NCBI GenBank assembly: GCA_963821935.1
Contig: CAWGFM010000005.1
Location: forward strand, 453,129 to 517,128
Direction of reading: 5' to 3'
Length of the DNA stretch: 64,000 bases
From: an uncultured Actinomycetes bacterium
GTDB lineage: Bacteria > Actinomycetota > UBA4738 > HRBIN12
Part shown: in pieces, positions 26,387 to 36,170 of the stretch
Layout of the letters: each line of letters starts with the position of its first letter
Numbering within the stretch: the first letter of the stretch is position 1
The notes under the pieces: generated by a model
What the model was told of the DNA's origin: nothing
Seen by the model: the letters and a program-made list of their open reading frames with translations, nothing else
Databases searched by the model: none
Position numbers and translations under genes: made by a program

Positions 26387-29118
26387 GGGGGTGGGTCCTC
26401 CTCGAGTGTGAACACCCGCTCCATGGCGCGGCGCGCCCGGCGAGTGACGCGCAGGTAGTCGTCGATGAAGCTCTGTCGAGGGTACTCCTGGTAGCCGAGC
26501 CGCCTCGCCAACGCGGTCTGCTCCTGCGGGGAATGGGGCACGGCCTCGACATGGATGCGGCGGTCCATCTCGAGCGCGTTCTTGACGTCGGACAGGAACA
26601 CGAACGCCTCGCCCAGATCGCGCGCCACGCTGCCTTCGATGAACCGAGCTTCGGCCAGCAGGTCGATCGCTTCCAAGGTGCGACGGCTGCGGATCTCGGG
26701 GCGGGCGCCGCCGAAACGCATCAACGACAGCTCCACGGCGAACTGCACGTCGGCGAGCGACCCGACCCCCAGCTTGAAGTGGAACTTGGCCGCTTCGGGC
26801 GGCTTCACGCGTTCGTGTTCGATGCGCTCGCGCATGTGCCGGATCTGCGCGACCCGATCGTGTGTGAGCCCGTCGGGCGGGTAGGCGAAGTCGGCCGCGT
26901 TCGACTCGAAGCGGCGCCCCAGGTCGGCGTCGCCCGCCACCGCGCGCGCACGCAGCAGCGCCTGGAACTCCCACGTCTCGGCGTAGCGCTCCCAGTACTC
27001 CAGGTAGGCGGCGATCGAGCGGGCGAGCGGGCCATTGCGGCCTTCCGGGCGAAGATCGGCGTCGGGCTCCCAGCCCTGGTCGCGCATGGCTCGCATCGCG
27101 CGCTCTGCGGCAGCCCCCGCGAGGCTGAGCGTGTCCGCGCCCTCGCCCTCGTACACGAAGAGCAGATCCAGGTCGCTCGCTACGTTCAGCTCACCCGCGC
27201 CGAACTTGCCCATCGCGACCACCGCGAGGTCGACGTCGGGCTCGGCGGCAGCGAGCGCTTCGCGCACCACGCGCTCGGCGACCTCGGTCAAGGCATCACC
27301 CGTCTGGTGAGGAAGGATCTCGCGTGAGGCAGCGCGCGCGATGGCGCCTGCCAGGTCGCCGCGCGCGTCGGTCGCCGGGACCAGGCCCCGGCCCACTGGG
27401 AGGGTGGCCGGCTCGCTCAGGGCGACCAATCGAGTGGGGTCGCTCGCGAGCAGGTCGGTGGCGAAGGAGCTGGCCCCCGCCACGGCGGCGAGCCGTCGGG
27501 CGGCGGCAGGGTCCGCCGCCAGGATGTCGGCGGGGCCGTGACGGTCCCCCACCGCGTCCGCGATCCGTTCCAGTCGCATCAGCGCGCCGTCGGGGTCCGC
27601 CGACAACGCCAGCTGCGGCGCCATCACCGGGAAGACGTTGGTGAGGACCTTGCCCATGCGGGTCGCCGGGTCGACCAGGCGCCGCAGCACCTCGTAGGAA
27701 CGGGCAGGCTCCGCGAACCCCAACCCGCCGAGCAGCTCCTGGGTCGCGGTCCGGTCGACGCCCGGCGAGGGCACCGCCGGACCGGCGAACCCCTCCAACA
27801 GCGGCCGGTAGAAGAGCCGTTCGTGGATGGTTCGGACCTCGCCGGTGGTGTCGTCGTAGGTGCGCTGCAGCTCGGCGGCATCGGCCATGCCCAGCGAGCG
27901 CGCCAGGGTGGTGCGTGCGTGCCCATCCGCTGGCAGGTCGTGGGTCTGCAGGTCTCGCACGATCTGCAGCCGGTGCTCCAACGTCCGCAGGAACCGGTAG
28001 GCCCGCGCCAGGGCCTCGGCATCGTCGTCGGCCACGAAGCCCTGCTGTGCGAGTGCAGCGAGCGCCCGCAGCGTGTTGGGCTCGCGTAACGCAGCGTCGC
28101 GACGCCCGTGCACGATCTGCAGCAGCTGCACTGCGAACTCCACGTCGCGGATCCCTCCGCGACCGCGCTTGACCTCGGTGAGCTCCTTGCCACGCTGGCG
28201 GATGTACTCCTCCAGTCGAACCTTGGTGCGCCGGACCTCGTCGATGGCTGCCGGTTCCAGGTGGGCGGGATACACGAACGGTGCCAGACCCTCCACGAAG
28301 GCCGAGCCCAGCCACGGGTCACCCGCTACGCCGCGAGCCTTGATCATGGCCTGGCGTTCCCAGGTGGCCGAGCGCGACTCGTAGTACGCCAAGGTGGCGT
28401 CCAGGGTCAGGCACAGCGAGCCGCCACGCCCGCCCGGCCGCAACGTCGGGTCGACGCGCAGGGCGATGCCTTCGGCGCTGGGCTCGGCGAGCAGAGCGAT
28501 CAGCCGGGCCACCGCGCGATCGGCCTGTTCGGCATCCACGTCTTCGGAGATGAACAACAGGTCGACATCGCTGGCGTAGTTGAGCTCGGCGCCACCCAGC
28601 TTCCCCAGACCGATCACCGCCAGGCGAGCACCGTCGGCCGCCTCCCGACACGCCAGCTCGAGGCATGACTCCGCGATCGCGGTGATCTCGGCGACGATGT
28701 CCTCCACCGTCGCCTCGCCGAGGTCCCGGGCAGCGACGCGCATCATGGCGCGGCGCCGGAAGAGCCGCAGACCGTCGACCGACCCGCGGTGGGCCACGTC
28801 CTCGGCGAGCTCCGCGTCGAGCCGAGCTCGCGAGCGGGGGGACACGTCCTCGAGGGCGGCCGCCTCACCGGGGTGGCGCACCAACAGATCGGCGGCCGCC
28901 GTCGAGAACCCCAGCAGCCGGGCCGCCACCGGCATGATCTCGGGACGAGCGAGCTGGGTGCGAGCGACCGCGTCGTCCCCCACTCGCGAGAACGCGACAC
29001 GCGCGAGCTCGGGATCAGGTGCGTCCGCGAACGTACGGCCGAGGATCTCCGGGCTCAGCACCCCGGCATCGTACGCGCGGCCGGCGCGGATCTCGGCCCA
29101 CGACGCGGCCGTAGACAC
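26383..29118 (-). CDS. glnE: Glutamine synthetase adenylyltransferase/adenylyl-removing enzyme
   Basis: Two GlnE nucleotidyltransferase domains (GKLGGAELNYASDVDLLFI and GKFGAGELNVASDLDLLFV). Start set at GTG 29118; the ORF N-terminal extension overlapping glnA2 was rejected. Confidence 0.85.
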   Translation of the reverse strand: MSTAASWAEIRAGRAYDAGVLSPEILGRTFADAPDPELARVAFSRVGDDAVARTQLARPEIMPVAARLLGFSTAAADLLVRHPGEAAALEDVSPRSRARLDAELAEDVAHRGSVDGLRLFRRRAMMRVAARDLGEATVEDIVAEITAIAESCLELACREAADGARLAVIGLGKLGGAELNYASDVDLLFISEDVDAEQADRAVARLIALLAEPSAEGIALRVDPTLRPGGRGGSLCLTLDATLAYYESRSATWERQAMIKARGVAGDPWLGSAFVEGLAPFVYPAHLEPAAIDEVRRTKVRLEEYIRQRGKELTEVKRGRGGIRDVEFAVQLLQIVHGRRDAALREPNTLRALAALAQQGFVADDDAEALARAYRFLRTLEHRLQIVRDLQTHDLPADGHARTTLARSLGMADAAELQRTYDDTTGEVRTIHERLFYRPLLEGFAGPAVPSPGVDRTATQELLGGLGFAEPARSYEVLRRLVDPATRMGKVLTNVFPVMAPQLALSADPDGALMRLERIADAVGDRHGPADILAADPAAARRLAAVAGASSFATDLLASDPTRLVALSEPATLPVGRGLVPATDARGDLAGAIARAASREILPHQTGDALTEVAERVVREALAAAEPDVDLAVVAMGKFGAGELNVASDLDLLFVYEGEGADTLSLAGAAAERAMRAMRDQGWEPDADLRPEGRNGPLARSIAAYLEYWERYAETWEFQALLRARAVAGDADLGRRFESNAADFAYPPDGLTHDRVAQIRHMRERIEHERVKPPEAAKFHFKLGVGSLADVQFAVELSLMRFGGARPEIRSRRTLEAIDLLAEARFIEGSVARDLGEAFVFLSDVKNALEMDRRIHVEAVPHSPQEQTALARRLGYQEYPRQSFIDDYLRVTRRARRAMERVFTLEEDPPP

Positions 29119-29145
29119 GCCCCGCCTGCGCTGCGAGTTGGAGAG

Positions 29146-29161
29146 TTCACATGGTCGTAAC
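29146..29161. promoter_or_regulatory. Candidate GlnR box TTCAC-N6-GTAAC in the glnE-glnA2 divergent intergenic region, about 34 bp upstream of the glnA2 ATG
   Basis: gTnAc-N6-GnAAc pattern. Confidence 0.3.
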
Positions 29162-29194
29162 CGTTGCGGCGCACCGCGCCCGTACGCTGGGTCC

Positions 29195-30523
29195 ATGGTG
29201 CTCTCCGCGGAAGCCGAGTACGTCCTGCGCACGGTCGAGGAGCGGGGCATCCGGTTCGTGCGGCTGTGGTTCACCGACGTGCTCGGCTTCTTGAAGTCGT
29301 TCACGATCACGACCCAGGAGCTGGAGGGCGCGCTCGCCGAAGGCATGGGGTTCGACGGCTCGTCGATCGAGGGGTTCAGCCGGATCCAGGAATCCGACAT
29401 GGTGGCGATCCCCGACCCCGCCACGTTCCAGGTGATCCCATGGAAGCTCGAAGCGCCGGTCGCGCGCATGTTCTGCGACGTGTACAACCCCGACGGCACG
29501 CCGTTCGACGGTGACCCGCGCGGGGTGCTGAAACGGCAGCTGCAGCGCGCCGCCGACCTCGGCTTCACCTTCTACGTCGGTCCCGAGCTGGAGTTCTTCT
29601 ACTTCCGATCGTCGGATGATCCCTCGTTCCTGGATCGGGGCGGATACTTCGACGAGACGCCGCTGGACGTGGCCACCGACTACCGCAAGCGCACGGTGCA
29701 GTACCTGGAATCGATGGGCATCCCGGTCGAGTACGTGCACCACGAGGTGGCGCCCAGCCAGCACGAGATCGACCTGCGGTACACCGACGCGCTGACGATG
29801 GCCGACAACGTCATGGCCTACCGCCTGACCGTGAAGGAGGTGGCGCAGGAGTTCGGCATCTACGCCACGTTCATGCCCAAGCCGGTCGCCGGGGTCAATG
29901 GCAGCGGCATGCACACCCACCAATCGTTGTTCGAGGGTGACCGCAACGCGTTCTTCGACGCCGCCGACGAGTACCACCTGTCCAAGACGGCGAAGGGCTA
30001 CATCGCCGGCATGCTGCGCCACGCGCCCGAGATCACGTTGGTGACCAACCAGTGGGTCAACAGCTACAAGCGGCTCGTGCCGGGCTTCGAAGCGCCGGTG
30101 TATGTGTGCTGGGCGCGTCGCAACCGCAGCGCGCTGGTTCGCGTGCCCATGTACAAGCCGGGCAAGGAAGGGGCCACCCGCATCGAGTACCGCAGTCCTG
30201 ACCCCGCCTGCAATCCGTACCTGGCCTTCGCCACGATGCTGGCCGCAGGCCTGGCCGGCATCGACGGCGAGTACGACCTGGCCCCCGAGGCCAGCAACAA
30301 CATCTACGAGATGACCGACGATGAACGTCAGGCGGCCGGCATCCGCTCGTTGCCCGAGGACCTGATCGAGGCGATCCACCTCGCCGAACGATCCGATGTG
30401 CTGCGCGAAGCGCTCGGCGACCACGTGCACGAGTACCTCATCCGCAACAAGCGCGAGGAATGGGATGCCTTCAAGGCGTACGTGAGCCCGTTCGAGCTGG
30501 ACCGCTACTTGCCAGTCCTCTAG
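29195..30523 (+). CDS. glnA2: Glutamine synthetase GlnA2-type (GSI-alpha-like, 442 aa)
   Basis: GS catalytic motifs. Size and context fit actinobacterial GlnA2. Confidence 0.85.
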   Translation: MVLSAEAEYVLRTVEERGIRFVRLWFTDVLGFLKSFTITTQELEGALAEGMGFDGSSIEGFSRIQESDMVAIPDPATFQVIPWKLEAPVARMFCDVYNPDGTPFDGDPRGVLKRQLQRAADLGFTFYVGPELEFFYFRSSDDPSFLDRGGYFDETPLDVATDYRKRTVQYLESMGIPVEYVHHEVAPSQHEIDLRYTDALTMADNVMAYRLTVKEVAQEFGIYATFMPKPVAGVNGSGMHTHQSLFEGDRNAFFDAADEYHLSKTAKGYIAGMLRHAPEITLVTNQWVNSYKRLVPGFEAPVYVCWARRNRSALVRVPMYKPGKEGATRIEYRSPDPACNPYLAFATMLAAGLAGIDGEYDLAPEASNNIYEMTDDERQAAGIRSLPEDLIEAIHLAERSDVLREALGDHVHEYLIRNKREEWDAFKAYVSPFELDRYLPVL

Positions 30524-30647
30524 GCCAGTCCTTTCGGCCCGCCTCGATGGTGCACCTGGGGGTTGACAACCGCTGAACGGTCAACCCAAGCTGGGTCTCC
30601 GCGCGCGGTCAGCCGATCGGCCGCGCATTCCGGAAGGGGAGGGCGCG

Positions 30648-31295
30648 ATGACCGTTCGATCCAGGGATGTGGATGGCACCGTCCGCTCGCGCGGTTCCCG
30701 ACTGCTCGGCGTCGCGACGTTGGCGTTGCCGGTTTTCCTCCTCGCCGGGCTGCTAGTGCTGCCCGCCGCGACCGCCGGGGAGTCGCCACCCGGGTTCGAG
30801 AGCGCCAGCGGGTTCGTGGATCCGGGCGATTCGATCACGACGAAGGATGGTCCGTTGGACGCGGCTGACCCCTTCGCGGTGGCGCTCAAGAACGTCGGGA
30901 ACCAAACCCTCTTCGTCACGATCGAAGAGGAACCCTGCACCGGGACACAGGGCGGTCTGTGCAGCGTCCCACGGGTCGGTGGCGTCGCGGGCGACTTCAT
31001 GTTCGAACCGTCCGAAGGAACCGAACTCCGCGCGTCGAGCGAGGCCTCGCCCGTCGTCGTGGCTAGATTGCTCTACGACAAGTCCGTGCTCCACGGTGTT
31101 GAGGGTTTCCGGATCTTCTGGCAGAAGACGCCCGAAAGCCCTGTGCTACGACTCCCGCGGTGTGGGGATGGTGGTGACGACGACTACCGGAGAACCGGCC
31201 GCAGGACCGAGTGTTTCACGGGCAAGAAGCTGGCGAACGGCGATGAGATCGTTCGCATACCGCTCAGCTTCGACCCGAAGTTCACGAGGGGGTAG
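30648..31295 (+). CDS. Secreted protein of unknown function
   Basis: Signal peptide/TM near the N-terminus (LLGVATLALPVFLLAGLLVLPAATAGE). Confidence 0.5.
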   Translation: MTVRSRDVDGTVRSRGSRLLGVATLALPVFLLAGLLVLPAATAGESPPGFESASGFVDPGDSITTKDGPLDAADPFAVALKNVGNQTLFVTIEEEPCTGTQGGLCSVPRVGGVAGDFMFEPSEGTELRASSEASPVVVARLLYDKSVLHGVEGFRIFWQKTPESPVLRLPRCGDGGDDDYRRTGRRTECFTGKKLANGDEIVRIPLSFDPKFTRG

Positions 31296-34200
31296 CAGCC
31301 CCTCCTTCGACGACTCCCCGGGGTGGTCTGGCGATACGGATGACGCCGAGGCTCGCGAACAGAGCCTCGGCGTCTTCGCGTGCGGCCGGTGCCTCGGGAT
31401 CGTCGGGCCAGATCTCTGCGAGCGCTGTCATCGTGCACGCTCGCTCGAAGGCCGAGCCCTCGTCGTCGGCCAGGCGCAGGCTCTCCCGCATGGCGGTGCG
31501 CGCGCCCGACTCGTCGCCCAGCGCCGCGAGGCCGACGCCTCGCACCCGTTGCAGGAGCGCGGCGCTGGCGCCCTCGGCCGCCACGAGCGAGCCAGCGGAA
31601 TCGAGTGCCTCCTGCCACCGGCCGTCGAAGACCGCCGCCTCGGCGAGCCACGAGCCGATCTGCTCGACCTCGCGATCCGCGCCCTGGCTCACGAAGAACG
31701 CCCTGGCCTCCGAGAGCAGGGCCTCCGCCTCGCGAGGTCGGCCGGCCCGGCCCACGACGCGACCGACGTAGGCCGTGGCGTATGCGACCAGGAGCTCTTC
31801 CCTGGCGCCACGAGCCACCCGGAGCACGGTCCGCAGCCGGTCCTCCGCCTCCTCCCACAGGCCCTGGTCCGACAGCACCTCGGCCACGTTCAGGGTTCCG
31901 TTGGCGGCGTGGACCGGGTCCCCCAGCCGTTGCTTGGCCTCCACCATGCGTTCGTAGAGCTCGATCGCGTCGTGCCAGCGCCCTTGGAAGTAGGCGACGG
32001 CGCCCAATGCGTTGTAGGCCGATGCCCCGGAGTGGACGTCACCCAGATCCTCGTAGATCTCGATCGCCCGCTGGAGATGCGTGGCCTCCTCCATCCGCCC
32101 GAGCTCCAGCAGCGACCAGTCCATGACGACGAAGGCGTCCGCCAGCGCCTTGCGATCGCCGGCGGCCTCCGCCTGCTCGACGGCTTCGCCACTGAGCCGG
32201 ACGGCCTCCGCCGCGCGGCCCTGGATCTGTCGCGCCGCGGCCATGGATACCGTGGCGTTGGCGCGGAGCTCGGCCGCCGCCTGCGACTGGACGTCCTGCA
32301 GCTCCGACAGCGCCCGCCGGGCCCGACGCACGACCAGGTCCGAACGACCCACGCGCTCGGCGATGTATGCCTCGCGCAGCAGCAAGCGGGCTCGCGCCGG
32401 TGGATCGTCGTTCCGCAGCCTGCGCGCCGCGGCGAACGCATCGGGGGCGGCGCCGAGCTCCCCAGCTCGGACGAGCGCCTCACCGAGCCCTTCGGTCACC
32501 TCGGCGATCTCGACGCTCGGGACGACGCCGGCACCGCTCCTGCGCGCGGCGTCGAGCGCCCGCCGGTAGAACCGCGCTGCTTCCGAGGGCGCCGACTTGT
32601 CTCGCGCCAGGTCACCGGCGAGACGGCCGTAGCGCCACGCCTTGTCGTAGGAGCCTGCGAGGAACATGTGGATCGACAGCGCCGCGGTATGGTCCTCTCC
32701 TCCGCTGGCGACGGCCTCGAGTCGTGCCCCCACGACCGCATGCAACGAACGGCGCGAACGGAACGGCAGCCCTTCGTACGCCGCGTCGCGCACCAGCGCA
32801 CGCCGGAACCGGAAGTACCCCTCGCCCTCGGGCTCGAAGAACTCCCCGAGCCTGTCCCACGTCTGCGCGTCGGGCAGCGGGGTGCCCTCATCGAGCACCC
32901 ACGCCAAGGAGGTCGGATCGAGCATGAGGCCCAGGACCGAGGCCCTTCGCACGAGCTGTCGGTCCTGTGGCGAGAGGCTGTCGATGCGGGCCATCGCCGC
33001 CGACTCCATGGAATCGGGCAGGCCCTCTGCCCCGCCGCGCTCGGCGGCGACCAGCACCAGGTCCTGCACGAACTGTGGGTTGCCCCCCGATCGGTCCGCG
33101 ACCGTCGCGAGCACGTGCGGAGGGAGGGGCCGGCGCTCGGCGGCGACCTCGGCGAGCCGAAGCGCGTCATCGGGCCGAAGCGGGCCGGGCTCGATCACGA
33201 CGGTCCAGGGCGTGCCGGGAGCCACGAACCCGCGGGTCTCGGGCCTCCGCGTCACACAGAACAGCCACGGCGCGCCGTCCAGGTGGTCCGCGAGGTAGCG
33301 CAACAGATCGGCAGAGGCATCGTCCATGTGGTGCGCGTCCTCGATCTCGATCAGGGCCGGGTCCGGCAGCACCAGCTGGAGGAACCGCGTGAACACCTCG
33401 TGGAGCTTCGGCTGCACGAACTCCTCACCCAGCATCTCGACCTCGAGCGTCGCCGGGATCTCGACATCGAACGGCAGGGCGATCAGCGGGAGCCAATCCA
33501 GCAGGTCCGGATCGGAGGCCGACACGATGGAATACAGCCGCTCCAAGACGACGTCGTCGGGTTCCTCCCATCGCAGATCGAGCAGCTCACGCAGCAGTTC
33601 ACGCCACGCGATGTACGGCGTGGACGCCGTGTACGCCTCGCAGGTCGCGCGCAACAAGATCAGGCCTTCGGAGCCTGCCCGGATCTCTTCCAACAACCGG
33701 GTCTTGCCGATGCCCGGTTCCCCCACAACCTCCACGAGACGGCCGTCGCCGGCGGTCACCGCGTCCAACGCGTTGCTCAGGGCTCGCATCTCCTCGTCCC
33801 TGCCGAGCAACACGGAGCGCTCCGTCGTCACGTCCCGCGAGCGTGACCCGACGGCGCTGCCCAGGGACCATGCCGTGACCAGTTCCTTCTTGCCCTTCAC
33901 GGCGAAGGGCTCGATCTCCGTCACCTCGAAGCGCGTTCCCGAATTCTCGATCACGGCGGACGTGGCATAGATCTCGCGTGAGCCCGCGTGCGACATCAGA
34001 CGAGCGGCGAGATTCACGTCGTCGCCCATGACCGTGTACGTGCGTCGGTACCAAGGCCCGATGTCCCCCGCGAACACGGCCCCCCGATGCACTCCGATCC
34101 CGAACGGGATCGCGAGGTCGGTATCCGCGATCCTGCGCAGGGCGAGCAGCATGCGCTCGTCGTCGCTCCCGGTGTTGACCGGCGCGCCGGAGGTGAGGAT

Positions 34201-35139
34201 CAGCTTCCCGCCGTTGGCATCGACGTCGGAGCCCAGGAAGCACACCCCTTGCTCGTCGGCGGCATGCTGCACGCCCGATACGAGTGCATGCAGCGCATCG
34301 GCCATGGACTCGGGGCCCTCCCCCTCGATCACCGCGTCGGTCCCACCGAACCGCAGGAACGCCGTCACCACCGGCCGATGCTCGGGAGCGCCTCCACCTG
34401 CCGCGACGTGCCTGCGGATCAACGCCGAGAGGCACCCGGCGATCGTCTCCCCCGGCAGCGATGGAGGCGATCCGATCGGGCGTTCCTCGACCGGGCCCGG
34501 TTCTCGAAGGAGGAGCGCGCCCGGGCCCTCGGTCGGTCCCAGCGCGCGCTCGGGCAGGTGGGAGGCCATCGCCTGGCTCACCCGGATCTGACCGGCCACC
34601 GCTTCGTGCTCCATCTGGACCGTGCTGGTCCAGGCGGGCCCGGTGACCAGCAACTCGCGGTGGGACTCGCCCACCAAGAAGAAATGGAACGAGCCGCTGT
34701 GCGCACCGACGGACATACGCAACTGCACTTTGGCTCCCGGCACGGTGATCTTGCCGACGCTCCGCAGCGCCGTGCGCATGCCGACCGCTGCCGCCGCAGC
34801 CCGGACCTGGTGATCGTCGCCATCGAAGAACAGGAGCAACGCGTCCCCCCCGAACTTCAGCAGTCCTCCGCCGTTGGCGTAGGCCACCGAGAGGAGCTCG
34901 GTGAAACAGGCTTCGATCGCCTCAGTGACCAGTTCGGCACCCTCCTTGCCCTTGCGGGCCAGCCGTTCGGAGAGCGTGGTGAATCCGGAGATGTCCACGA
35001 ACACGACGGATCCATCGAGGGTCCACGTGCGGGCGCCCGGGTCAGTGGCCAGGTGGCTCATGACCAGCCTGGGGACGTACGGGAGCACGAGCTCTCGCGC
35101 GATCGGCGGTCCCTCAGGGGCGGGGTCGTGCGTGGTCAC
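31282..35139 (-). CDS. Multidomain signalling protein: tandem class III adenylate/guanylate cyclase domains + STAND/AAA NTPase (GEPGIGKTRL) + TPR repeats, no C-terminal HTH
   Basis: CHD-1 carries the metal-binding Asps (VVFVDISGFT, KFGGDALL). CHD-2 carries the transition-state Asn/Arg (MGDDVNLAARL). P-loop and Walker B follow, with a TPR-rich C-terminal half. Confidence 0.8.
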   Translation of the reverse strand: MTTHDPAPEGPPIARELVLPYVPRLVMSHLATDPGARTWTLDGSVVFVDISGFTTLSERLARKGKEGAELVTEAIEACFTELLSVAYANGGGLLKFGGDALLLFFDGDDHQVRAAAAAVGMRTALRSVGKITVPGAKVQLRMSVGAHSGSFHFFLVGESHRELLVTGPAWTSTVQMEHEAVAGQIRVSQAMASHLPERALGPTEGPGALLLREPGPVEERPIGSPPSLPGETIAGCLSALIRRHVAAGGGAPEHRPVVTAFLRFGGTDAVIEGEGPESMADALHALVSGVQHAADEQGVCFLGSDVDANGGKLILTSGAPVNTGSDDERMLLALRRIADTDLAIPFGIGVHRGAVFAGDIGPWYRRTYTVMGDDVNLAARLMSHAGSREIYATSAVIENSGTRFEVTEIEPFAVKGKKELVTAWSLGSAVGSRSRDVTTERSVLLGRDEEMRALSNALDAVTAGDGRLVEVVGEPGIGKTRLLEEIRAGSEGLILLRATCEAYTASTPYIAWRELLRELLDLRWEEPDDVVLERLYSIVSASDPDLLDWLPLIALPFDVEIPATLEVEMLGEEFVQPKLHEVFTRFLQLVLPDPALIEIEDAHHMDDASADLLRYLADHLDGAPWLFCVTRRPETRGFVAPGTPWTVVIEPGPLRPDDALRLAEVAAERRPLPPHVLATVADRSGGNPQFVQDLVLVAAERGGAEGLPDSMESAAMARIDSLSPQDRQLVRRASVLGLMLDPTSLAWVLDEGTPLPDAQTWDRLGEFFEPEGEGYFRFRRALVRDAAYEGLPFRSRRSLHAVVGARLEAVASGGEDHTAALSIHMFLAGSYDKAWRYGRLAGDLARDKSAPSEAARFYRRALDAARRSGAGVVPSVEIAEVTEGLGEALVRAGELGAAPDAFAAARRLRNDDPPARARLLLREAYIAERVGRSDLVVRRARRALSELQDVQSQAAAELRANATVSMAAARQIQGRAAEAVRLSGEAVEQAEAAGDRKALADAFVVMDWSLLELGRMEEATHLQRAIEIYEDLGDVHSGASAYNALGAVAYFQGRWHDAIELYERMVEAKQRLGDPVHAANGTLNVAEVLSDQGLWEEAEDRLRTVLRVARGAREELLVAYATAYVGRVVGRAGRPREAEALLSEARAFFVSQGADREVEQIGSWLAEAAVFDGRWQEALDSAGSLVAAEGASAALLQRVRGVGLAALGDESGARTAMRESLRLADDEGSAFERACTMTALAEIWPDDPEAPAAREDAEALFASLGVIRIARPPRGVVEGGAATPS

Positions 35140-35181
35140 GCCCTGACGTTACGGCGAACGCCAAGGGGAACCAAGCGAAGC

Positions 35182-35538
35182 TCAGCGTGCGACGACGACC
35201 TTGCCGCACATGCCCACGCACCTGCCGCCATCCAGCGAGCCATGGATCGTGCAGTAGAAGCGGAAGGTGCCTCGTGCGTTGAACACCCTGCGCACCGACT
35301 CGCCCTGCCGGATGGTCCGGCGGTACGACCAGTTGCTCCCGAGGGACTTCACCACGTGACCACGGACCACGGCCCTCCACCGCACGGCTTCGCCCCGGCT
35401 CACCGATGCCGACGCAGGACTCCAGCGCGTGCCCTCTCCGCGGATCACCTGCACCGCTGCGGCGGGGGTCGCGATCGCGAGCAGAGCGACCACCGTGACC
35501 ATGACCAGGACGTTTCGCCCCGTGCGCGCGATCGACAT
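35182..35538 (-). CDS. Secreted cupredoxin (plastocyanin/azurin-like blue copper protein)
   Basis: Signal peptide. Type-1 Cu ligands YCTIHGSL...MCGKVVV. Confidence 0.7.
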   Translation of the reverse strand: MSIARTGRNVLVMVTVVALLAIATPAAAVQVIRGEGTRWSPASASVSRGEAVRWRAVVRGHVVKSLGSNWSYRRTIRQGESVRRVFNARGTFRFYCTIHGSLDGGRCVGMCGKVVVAR

Positions 35539-35644
35539 GGACAGGACCTCCCTCGGGCGGCAGCGATCGGTTCCGTTGACGGTAGTACGGGTGGGCCGCC
35601 CGGTCAGCTTGCAGACAACGTTCGCCCTCGGCTAGCGTGCGCGG

Positions 35645-36115
35645 ATGGCCGCTGACGATGAACTGACGCCCGCGCTCTCCGAGGCTCGGCAGCGGCGCGC
35701 GACCCTGCACGACGCACTCGTGCATCTGGAGATCGCGATCTCCTCGCCCGCCGCCGGCCGCATCCCGGCGTGGACCGAGCTGGTCACCAAGGAGGTGGTC
35801 GGCGTCCGCGACGCCTTCGAGCAGCATGTGCTGGTGACGGAGAAGCCCGGCGGTCTCTACGAGGAGATCATCACGCGCGCGCCCCGCTTGGACGGCACGA
35901 TCCGCAAGCTCAAGGACGAGCATCCCGAGATCTCCGAGAAGGTCGATGTGATGGTCATGCGCCTCAACGAGGCGGAGATCGGCTCCCCCGCCTGGCCCTT
36001 GGAAGACGCCCGCGACGACCTGCAACGGTTCATCGGCACCGTGATCCGTCATCGACAGAAGGGCGCCGACCTTGTCTGGGAGGCCTACAACGTCGACATC
36101 GGCGGCACGGAGTAG
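35645..36115 (+). CDS. Hypothetical protein (156 aa)
   Basis: ORF with high-GC codon usage. No recognisable domain. Confidence 0.45.
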   Translation: MAADDELTPALSEARQRRATLHDALVHLEIAISSPAAGRIPAWTELVTKEVVGVRDAFEQHVLVTEKPGGLYEEIITRAPRLDGTIRKLKDEHPEISEKVDVMVMRLNEAEIGSPAWPLEDARDDLQRFIGTVIRHRQKGADLVWEAYNVDIGGTE

Positions 36116-36170
36116 CCCCACCCCCCCGTAGGTCGGGGCGTGCCCCCGGGCCACCGGTAGGCTTCCACCC

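Noticed and set aside
29194-29197. glnE start at ATG 29196, sharing the CCATGG palindrome with the glnA2 ATG
   Set aside because: It would leave no intergenic space for two divergent promoters. GTG 29118 gives an N-terminus length comparable to characterised GlnE proteins.
26383-29568. 1061-aa glnE ORF including 150 N-terminal codons overlapping glnA2
   Set aside because: GlnE homology starts near WAEIRAGRAYDAGVLSPEILG. The extension has no homology and would overlap the divergent glnA2 by 370 bp. Trimmed to GTG 29118.
31184-31858. 224-aa and 248-aa Arg/Pro-rich ORFs (31184-31858 minus, 31380-32126 plus)
   Set aside because: Compositional artefacts inside or opposite the cyclase-STAND gene and its upstream neighbour.
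30847-33846. 999-aa plus-strand ORF antisense to the cyclase-STAND gene
   Set aside because: Shadow ORF opposite a gene with cyclase, P-loop and TPR motifs.
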